Positions 57,073 through 64,000 of a stretch of DNA of 64,000 nucleotides are shown piece by piece. Position 1 is the first letter of the stretch. The number at the start of each line of letters is the position of its first letter. The notes under the pieces are model-generated. The model worked only from the letters and a program-made list of their open reading frames with translations. It ran no database searches and had not been told where the DNA came from. Source of the DNA: an uncultured Bacteroidota bacterium. GTDB taxonomy: Bacteria > Bacteroidota > Bacteroidia > UKL13-3. Made by a program: the position numbers and the translations under genes. The DNA lies in the NCBI GenBank assembly GCA_903834625.1, contig CAILJQ010000188.1, positions 1,936-65,935 of the forward strand, in the 5' to 3' direction.

Positions 57073-58479
57073 ATGAGTACACAACTGAATGACCCAAAAA
57101 TTACCCGTGCATGGACCATGTACGATTGGGCCAATAGTGTTTTTTCACTAACCATTACTACTGCCATTTTTCCGCCTTATTTTGAAAGTGTGAGTCAGGC
57201 AGCCTCCATTGCATCTGGTAATTTTGATCATGGAGTATATTTTATTGATGTGTTTGGTTTCAAGATTGTGAATTCGGCCTTGTATTCCTATTCGATTTCA
57301 TTAGGATTCTTGTTGGTAGCCATATTTAATCCTATTTTATCTGGTATAGCAGATGTGCGTCAAAGCAAGAAAAAATTCATGATGTTCTTTTGCTACTTAG
57401 GTTCCTTATCATGTATTATGCTTTATTTTTTCAACAGCGCCACTCTTCCTTTGGGTATTACCTGTTTTGTTTTGGGCTTATTTGGTTTTGGAGGGAGTCT
57501 AGTATTTTATAATGCCTTTCTGCCAGAAATTGCAAGCGAAGACCAATATGATGCAGTAAGTGCTCGTGGGTTTTCAATGGGTTATATTGGAAGTGTTTTG
57601 CTGTTATTGTTGAACCTAGGAATTATTTTAAACGCAGCAAAAATTTTCCCTGTGGCAGAGAAGGCTGCTGAATTCTTGCAGTTAGATGGAAGTCTTAACC
57701 CAACTACTGCAATGGAAAAGGCCAAAGGGTATTACTCGGGTGTGGCAAGCAGATTGGCCTTTGTGAGTGTTGGACTTTGGTGGGCAGGATTTGCTCAAAT
57801 AACTTTTAGGAGATTACCCGAGGTGGGCAGAGCCAAGGTAAAAGGCGAGAATGCTTTTTCTAAAGGTTATCAAGAATTAAAAAAGGTTTGGAAGGAAATT
57901 AATTTACCTAAGAATCAAACCATCAAAAGGTACCTTGTTGGTTATTTCTTCAGTGCAATGGGCGTTCAAACTGTTATGTACGTTGCCAGTATGTTTGGTA
58001 AACAAGAACTGCATATGGAGCTTGGGAAACTTATAGCTACGGTTTTAATTATTCAACTTATTGCCATTTTAGGTGCTTGGGGTTTCGCAAAAATATCTGG
58101 GCTCATAGGAAATATTTATACCTTGTTAATTATGTTGGTGGTTTGGATTGGAATTACCACCGCTGCCTATTTTGTGGCAAACGAGTACCAATTTTATTTA
58201 CTTGCCGCTGTAGTAGGCACGGTAATGGGTGGTATTCAATCTATGAGCAGATCAACCTTTGCTAAATTAATACCAGATGGAACCAAGGACCATGCTTCCT
58301 ATTTTAGTTTTTATGATGTTTGTGAGAAAATGGCCACAGTGTTTGGTACCTTTGCTTTCGGATTTATTAACAATTACACCGAAAATATGCGCTCCTCTGT
58401 TTTGGCTTTGATCATATTCTTTATATTAGCGCTGTTTTTCATTGCCAGGATAGAGAACTTTAAAGAAAAGCACCCTTAA
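57073..58479 (+). CDS. MFS transporter, UMF1/Atg22-like family
   Basis: N-terminal TRAWTMYDWANSVFSLTITTAIFPPYF signature and about 12 TM helices. ATG at 57073. Confidence 0.7.
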   Translation: MSTQLNDPKITRAWTMYDWANSVFSLTITTAIFPPYFESVSQAASIASGNFDHGVYFIDVFGFKIVNSALYSYSISLGFLLVAIFNPILSGIADVRQSKKKFMMFFCYLGSLSCIMLYFFNSATLPLGITCFVLGLFGFGGSLVFYNAFLPEIASEDQYDAVSARGFSMGYIGSVLLLLLNLGIILNAAKIFPVAEKAAEFLQLDGSLNPTTAMEKAKGYYSGVASRLAFVSVGLWWAGFAQITFRRLPEVGRAKVKGENAFSKGYQELKKVWKEINLPKNQTIKRYLVGYFFSAMGVQTVMYVASMFGKQELHMELGKLIATVLIIQLIAILGAWGFAKISGLIGNIYTLLIMLVVWIGITTAAYFVANEYQFYLLAAVVGTVMGGIQSMSRSTFAKLIPDGTKDHASYFSFYDVCEKMATVFGTFAFGFINNYTENMRSSVLALIIFFILALFFIARIENFKEKHP

Positions 58480-59198
58480 TGAAGGTAGATTTATTTATTC
58501 CATGTTTTGTTGATCAGTTTAGTCCAGATACCGGATTTAACATGGTGAAAGTATTAGAAAAGGTTGGCTGCAAAGTTCATTACAATGTAGAACAAACTTG
58601 TTGTGGCTTGCCTGCCTTTAATGCAGGACATTGGGAAGATGCGCGCGAAGTAGGGGAGAAATTACTCAATGAAGTTTCAACAGACAAAACCTTGGTATGT
58701 GGCGCTGCTAGTTGCACAGCCATGATTCGTAACTCCTACGATTTGCTTTTTCAAAATTCTAGCTACCACAATAAATACCGTCAATTACAAAAGAAGAACT
58801 TTGAATTAAGCGAATTTTTGGTAGATGTAATGAAGGTAGAATCATTTGGTTCAAAACTAAATGGCAAAGCTGTTTATATGGATTCTTGTCATGCTCTCAA
58901 CCACTGCCGCATCAAAGAACAACCGCGCAAATTGTTGCAAATGGTTGAAGGCTTAGAGTTGGTTGAAATGGAAAAAGCTGATGAATGCTGCGGATTTGGT
59001 GGTACTTTTGCTGTTAATTTTGAACCTTTGAGCATTCAATTGGCAGAACAAAAGGTGCAACACGTTTTGAATGCAGGAGCTGATATTATTATTTCAACCG
59101 ACTATGCATGCCTCATGCATTTACATGGATATATTCAACACAAAAAATTAAACCTGCGCATCATGCACCTTGCCGATGTTTTGGCTGCAGGATTGTAA
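58479..59198 (+). CDS. (Fe-S)-binding CCG-domain protein, LutA/YkgE-like
   Basis: VDLFIPCFVDQF...QTCCGLPAFNAG and DECCGFGGTF (two CCG motifs). Confidence 0.75.
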   Translation: MKVDLFIPCFVDQFSPDTGFNMVKVLEKVGCKVHYNVEQTCCGLPAFNAGHWEDAREVGEKLLNEVSTDKTLVCGAASCTAMIRNSYDLLFQNSSYHNKYRQLQKKNFELSEFLVDVMKVESFGSKLNGKAVYMDSCHALNHCRIKEQPRKLLQMVEGLELVEMEKADECCGFGGTFAVNFEPLSIQLAEQKVQHVLNAGADIIISTDYACLMHLHGYIQHKKLNLRIMHLADVLAAGL

Positions 59199-59229
59199 AA
59201 AAAAGTAAATAACAAAATCATCAATACAT

Positions 59230-59913
59230 ATGGAACCTACTATTATTTCATCTAATCAAAAAGTATCTTCAGCATCTTTCATTACCGGCGTATATGGCTG
59301 GATGATGTTAGCTCTCATGGTAACTGCTATTACCTCCATCCTAGCTGTTAGCTCAGCGCCACTCATGAATTTTATTTTTGGTACGCCCTATATGTTTATG
59401 GGAATGATTTTTCTTGAATTTGGGTTGGTTTGGTTTATCAGTGCACGTATCATGAAATTGAGCAATATTACGGCAACATTGCTGTTCTTGGTGTATGCCA
59501 TTTTAAATGGTTTAACTCTCTCTATTATCTTTCTTGCTTACGCGCAAACCACCATTACAAGTGCCTTTTTGGTTTCAGCCCTTACGTTCGGTGTAATGAG
59601 CGCTGCAGGATATTTCACCAAAAAAGATTTAAGCAATTTTGGCTCTATCATGATAATGGGATTGATAGGAATTGTCATTGCTACTTTGGTAAATTATTTC
59701 CTAAAAAGTGATGCATTAGACTATATCATTACCTATGTAGGTGTAATGGTATTTGTAGGTTTAACAGCTTATGATACCCAAAAGATTAAAAATATGGCTG
59801 CTGAATTGGAAGATAACCAATTGAAAAAAGCCTCCATTTTAGGTGCACTTACTTTATACCTCGATTTTATCAACCTGTTTTTGATGTTGCTTCGCATCTT
59901 CGATAGAGACTAA
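59230..59913 (+). CDS. Bax-inhibitor-1/YccA family membrane protein
   Basis: Seven TM helices, FITGVYGWMMLAL start, and C-terminal LYLDFINLFLMLLRI. Confidence 0.8.
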   Translation: MEPTIISSNQKVSSASFITGVYGWMMLALMVTAITSILAVSSAPLMNFIFGTPYMFMGMIFLEFGLVWFISARIMKLSNITATLLFLVYAILNGLTLSIIFLAYAQTTITSAFLVSALTFGVMSAAGYFTKKDLSNFGSIMIMGLIGIVIATLVNYFLKSDALDYIITYVGVMVFVGLTAYDTQKIKNMAAELEDNQLKKASILGALTLYLDFINLFLMLLRIFDRD

Positions 59914-59949
59914 CCATTCACAAGGATTCCTTTTCCTTGTTTTCCATTC

Positions 59950-60999
59950 ATGTATACCAAAGAACAACTTTTTCACTTTACTGAAAGTGTTTTCCAAAAA
60001 TGTGGCATGCCTGCCGCCGATGCCGCTTTAGCTGCTGATGTGTTATTAAGTGCCGATATGCGTGGCATAGACTCCCATGGCGTAGCACGACTTTCTGGTT
60101 ATGTAAGGCTATATGAAGCAGGCAGAGCCAATATGGTTGCCCATCATAAAGTTATTCATGAAACACCCTCAACTGCCACCATTGATGCAGATAGAGGTTT
60201 GGGTTTGGTTGTTGCGCCAAAGGCAATGGATATTGCCATTAAAAAAGCAAAACAAGTTGGTACAGGTTGGGTAGCCATTCAAAATTCTAACCATTTTGGC
60301 ATTGCAGCATACCATGCCATGAAGGCTTTACCGCATGATATGATTGGTTTTGCCATGACCAATGCAAGTCCATTAGTTGCACCCACTCATTCAAAAGAAA
60401 GAATGTTGGGTACCAACCCAATTTGTATGGCAGTGCCAACCGGAGAAAACCGTCCCTTTGTACTTGATATGGCAACATCTGGGGCCGCCAATGGTAAACT
60501 AGAAATTGCCCAACGATCAGGTAAATCATTGCCCAATGGATGGGTTCAAACCAAAGAAGGCGAAGCTTCAAACAACGCCGATGAATTAAAAAATGGAGGT
60601 TCTTTGTTGCCTCTGGGCGGACATAAAGGATATGGCTTGGCTTCTATGGTTGATATATTAAGCGCCATTTTATCTGGCGCCAACTACGGACCGTGGGTTC
60701 CACCTTTTGTGGCCTTCTTAAATCCTTTAGAGAATTTGCCGGGTAATGGTATTGGACATTTTTTGGGTGCAATGCGTATAGATGCATTTAGGCCAGCCTC
60801 AGATTTTAAAGAGCATATGGATCTTTGGATCAATCGTTTTAAAGATTCGGTTCGAACCAACCCTGAAGTGCCCGTGTTGATTCCTGGCGAGCCTGAGTTT
60901 GATTTGTATGCTGAAAGAGAAGTGAAAGGAATACCTTTAAATGAAGTGGTTGAAAAAGACCTTCAGTCATTGGCAGAAAAATTGGGCCTTAGCCTATAA
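59950..60999 (+). CDS. Ldh_2-family oxidoreductase (malate/L-lactate/ureidoglycolate dehydrogenase type 2)
   Basis: RGIDSHGV, NSNHFGIAAYH and GGHKGYGL motifs. Confidence 0.8.
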   Translation: MYTKEQLFHFTESVFQKCGMPAADAALAADVLLSADMRGIDSHGVARLSGYVRLYEAGRANMVAHHKVIHETPSTATIDADRGLGLVVAPKAMDIAIKKAKQVGTGWVAIQNSNHFGIAAYHAMKALPHDMIGFAMTNASPLVAPTHSKERMLGTNPICMAVPTGENRPFVLDMATSGAANGKLEIAQRSGKSLPNGWVQTKEGEASNNADELKNGGSLLPLGGHKGYGLASMVDILSAILSGANYGPWVPPFVAFLNPLENLPGNGIGHFLGAMRIDAFRPASDFKEHMDLWINRFKDSVRTNPEVPVLIPGEPEFDLYAEREVKGIPLNEVVEKDLQSLAEKLGLSL

Positions 61000-61893
61000 C
61001 CAACGTTTTCTTTTGAACCACTGAAAAATAAGAATGGTTACCAATACCATGAAGATAAGTATTCCGGGATAACCCCATTTCATGCGTAACTCCGGCATGT
61101 AGTCGAAGTTCATGCCATAAACACCTACTATAAAAGTAAGCGGCAAGAAGAAAGCGGAAAACACCGTTAAAATGCGCATCACATCGTTTGTTTTCTGCGA
61201 TGAAAGTGAAATGTATAAGTTCAGCAAGTTGTTGATGTTCTCATGCAAATCATCTGTGAGGGTTTCTAATTGCAAATGATAATCACGCATGTCTTCATAA
61301 AAGGCATTTCTTTTGTGCGACCCATGAATAGGTTCAATAGCCCCTTTGGTAATGGTGTTTAGTTTGCGAAATACTGCCGCTTTTCTTTTGATTAAATAAA
61401 GGTCTCTTAATAAATCGGGAATACGCTTTTTTAGGAATACCTTGCTTTCATATAAATCTATTTCCTTGTCCATTGATTGGATTGGATGCTGGAAGGTTTC
61501 TAACGCATTCTTAATTATTTTACAGGCAATATCAAATGGGTGTGTGACCGATTTTTCTCCACCATATTTATGTGCAATGGTATTGATAAAAGCAGTTTCA
61601 CTTCTATGTATGGTTAATAAAAAACCTTGATTAAAAAATATAGCGATTTTGCGCGTTAACATCTGAATATTATCACTGCCAACTTTACAATCTTTATCGT
61701 AGAACCTAACAATGATGAAGTGATATTTTTCAAAAGCTTCATACTTGGGAAGGTGCTCAGATTGCATACAATCTATTACTGCGGCTTCAGGCAAATCATG
61801 CTCAATGGCCAATGTCCTTAATTGATCTTCGGTGGGTTGAAATACATCTCTCCATTCAAAAGGAAAGCCGTTCCCTGTAAAATTGGATAGCAT
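60994..61893 (-). CDS. corA: CorA-family divalent cation transporter
   Basis: Two C-terminal TM helices with VGVYGMNF (GMN motif). Confidence 0.82.
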   Translation of the reverse strand: MLSNFTGNGFPFEWRDVFQPTEDQLRTLAIEHDLPEAAVIDCMQSEHLPKYEAFEKYHFIIVRFYDKDCKVGSDNIQMLTRKIAIFFNQGFLLTIHRSETAFINTIAHKYGGEKSVTHPFDIACKIIKNALETFQHPIQSMDKEIDLYESKVFLKKRIPDLLRDLYLIKRKAAVFRKLNTITKGAIEPIHGSHKRNAFYEDMRDYHLQLETLTDDLHENINNLLNLYISLSSQKTNDVMRILTVFSAFFLPLTFIVGVYGMNFDYMPELRMKWGYPGILIFMVLVTILIFQWFKRKRWL

Positions 61894-61951
61894 CTGATAA
61901 AAAGGTATTTTTGGGGAAATTAATCTATTCTTTGGAAACCTTCCTAGACTT

Positions 61952-64000
61952 ATGAAAATTATTCTATTACCCAGGTTTTTGTTTTTACTAATAAGCCTTA
62001 CCTTCCTAACAACTTCACACGCACAAACCTATCAACAAAAATTGGGCGGAGTTTGCTTTCGCTTCGACGACTATCAAAACCCTGCGAATATTCAGCAAAT
62101 GCGGGCCTTATTTAATAAATATGGTTACAAGTTTACCTATGCCGTAAATATGGGATTAGGTGAATTGTATAATGATACCGCATTTTGGAATGTACTCAAA
62201 CAAATGGAAACAGATGGCCATGAAATTGCCGACCAATCTCCCTCAGATTGCAGCCATTATTTTGATACCAAAACACCAGAACAAGCCCAAGCCTTTGCTA
62301 ACAGACCAGGTGTAGACCATGTTTCAATTGTTACAAGTTCATTTAACAGAGTTTGTTTAAAATACCAAATACTTAATGCCAATGGTGCAGGCGATGAAGG
62401 CAAAGTTGATATCAGTGGTAACAGAATCATTAGCAAATCGGCTGGTGAATTTGCTTGGAGTAAATTAAATAATGGTAGGTTTACTTCCCATTTGTATTTT
62501 CCTACCATAGGAAAATTGGTAACCATGTACGATATCAAAAATGCCAATGCCGCAGATGTGGATACCATTTTTGTAAAGTCGTTTTGGAAAGAAGATATAA
62601 CACTAACAAACTCCTCTAATGTCTCCTTTAAAAAATTAACTCCTTATGATTTGAGTATTGAAAAGGAAGGTCTTCAAACCATGACAGAATTTACCTTCAA
62701 AATTTTTGAAGCACATAATTTAAAATACCCTGTTAGTTTTATTCATCCAGGAGGCTCACATCCATATGTAGATAGACAAGTGTTAAAAGATGCTTTTGAA
62801 CAATTTGGGTATAAAGGAGGAGCAGCCTATCCATATGAGAAGAGAGGAATATCTTATTATAATCCTAAAAGCCTCAACCAATTTTCGCTGCAAGGGGGCG
62901 ATATTACTCCCGAAAACAATACCATTGATGAATGTAAAAAATGGATTGCCGAATACAATGCAAAAAATACCATAGTGGTTTCTATAAATCACTTTACCTC
63001 TTTGGGCGCTGTTTATAGCTTCCCACAAATGCTGCTTAATTTAGAGCAGATATTAATTTGGTGTAAGGCCAATGGCATTGCAGTTAAAACATACAAAGAA
63101 TGGAACAGCTATTATGCCGATGGTTTTTTTGACCAAACAGATGATATCTTTCCTCCTTTACAAAATGATTTTGATAAAGATGGTGCCCCAGATGGATTGA
63201 CATTAGGAGCAAGTGGGCTGATAGATACCATTAATGGGGTAACATACAGTAAAAATGTTTGCTTTAAGGTTTCTACCAATGGTACCTCTTTGTTTTCAAC
63301 TTTTAAAATTTACGGTCTGAACCGAGGAAAAAATACCCTATACTTAAGCACCAAAGGAGGATTGAGCACCAACGACTACTTAAATTTAGTAATTAATTTA
63401 CCTGAGTTGGGAATTAGCAAATACGTGAATGTTGCTACCAATACTACAGCCTATACAGAAAGGGCAGTTGATATTGAGGTACCCAATGGAGCTACCTATA
63501 TCAATCTTTCTATAAACTATTACACACAAACCGGACAAAGAGTTTATGTGAGTGGCATCAAATTGAAATCAGCTAAAAAGCCATCTTTTAAAGCATTTGT
63601 GATTGAACGTAAAGCCCATGAGGTTTTTCCAAATATCAACCTTTCATCTTTTGCAGCTTGTAACGGGTATACCCAAAGTCAGCTAAGTTTTTTTGTTCTT
63701 ACACAACCCAATCATTCAACAGCAAGTCTTACGGGTAGTAGCTTGCGTTTATTGCCCAAAAACAACCGCTTCTGGGTAGGCATAGATTCAATAAGAATTT
63801 CTGTGAAAGCGCCAGACAATACAGCAGATACTACATGGATTCAAATTCGTTCGGTATTAGGTAAAGTGTGTAAAGACCAATTGGTTTTAATTGCAATAAC
63901 TAAAGATACCATCAATGATTTGTCATACGCTTGGGCTTCAAAACCTGTTGACCCCTTTTTGGTAAGCACCAATACCAACACTGTTTATGGCAAACCTTCT
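61952..64000 (+). CDS. Large secreted protein, 3' end outside the window; N-terminal region is polysaccharide-deacetylase (CE4)-like
   Basis: ATG at 61952 followed by 683 stop-free codons to the window edge (my own translation). Signal peptide FLFLLISLTFLTTSHAQ. CFRFDDY (compare TFDDG) and DGHEIADQS (compare GHEIGxH). The ORF is not in the supplied track. Confidence 0.65.
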   Translation, partial: MKIILLPRFLFLLISLTFLTTSHAQTYQQKLGGVCFRFDDYQNPANIQQMRALFNKYGYKFTYAVNMGLGELYNDTAFWNVLKQMETDGHEIADQSPSDCSHYFDTKTPEQAQAFANRPGVDHVSIVTSSFNRVCLKYQILNANGAGDEGKVDISGNRIISKSAGEFAWSKLNNGRFTSHLYFPTIGKLVTMYDIKNANAADVDTIFVKSFWKEDITLTNSSNVSFKKLTPYDLSIEKEGLQTMTEFTFKIFEAHNLKYPVSFIHPGGSHPYVDRQVLKDAFEQFGYKGGAAYPYEKRGISYYNPKSLNQFSLQGGDITPENNTIDECKKWIAEYNAKNTIVVSINHFTSLGAVYSFPQMLLNLEQILIWCKANGIAVKTYKEWNSYYADGFFDQTDDIFPPLQNDFDKDGAPDGLTLGASGLIDTINGVTYSKNVCFKVSTNGTSLFSTFKIYGLNRGKNTLYLSTKGGLSTNDYLNLVINLPELGISKYVNVATNTTAYTERAVDIEVPNGATYINLSINYYTQTGQRVYVSGIKLKSAKKPSFKAFVIERKAHEVFPNINLSSFAACNGYTQSQLSFFVLTQPNHSTASLTGSSLRLLPKNNRFWVGIDSIRISVKAPDNTADTTWIQIRSVLGKVCKDQLVLIAITKDTINDLSYAWASKPVDPFLVSTNTNTVYGKPS

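Overview
This is an AT-rich chromosomal window that looks like a Bacteroidota genome, probably Flavobacteriia- or Sphingobacteriia-like. The taxon call rests on several T9SS C-terminal sorting domains, PorV/PorW/PorZ-like genes, the ileS-dksA-lspA arrangement, and an atpBEFHAG operon without beta/epsilon. I support about 58 protein-coding genes, nearly all core housekeeping: greA, ruvC, recO, PBP1A, the F-ATPase operon, serS, lspA, ileS, metF, tcdA, clpP, clpX, dgt, corA and a two-component pair. Reading by eye I found no rRNA, tRNA, CRISPR array, transposase/integrase, or recognisable defence or toxin module. I cannot name a clearly defined new multi-gene system here. Five observations are the most interesting. 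(1) A short word family, GGTTC[AG][AG]ACC (extended TTGGTTCARACCGAA, palindromic form TTCGGTTCGAACCGAA), occurs at least 19 times in coding and intergenic DNA. It includes identical 16-mers in unrelated genes, which resembles a DNA-uptake-sequence or iterated-palindrome signal. (2) A three-gene outer-membrane module at the left edge contains a TBDR-like barrel, a 1282-aa CTD-bearing protein and a PorV-like paralog. (3) A DksA/TraR-type protein carries a 288-aa histone-H1-like KKPVA extension encoded by a 15-bp tandem array. (4) An orphan protein has RIO/Kdo-kinase-like catalytic motifs. (5) A 683-codon ORF runs off the right edge and is absent from the supplied ORF track. Functional calls come from motif recognition and remembered family features, not from database searches.
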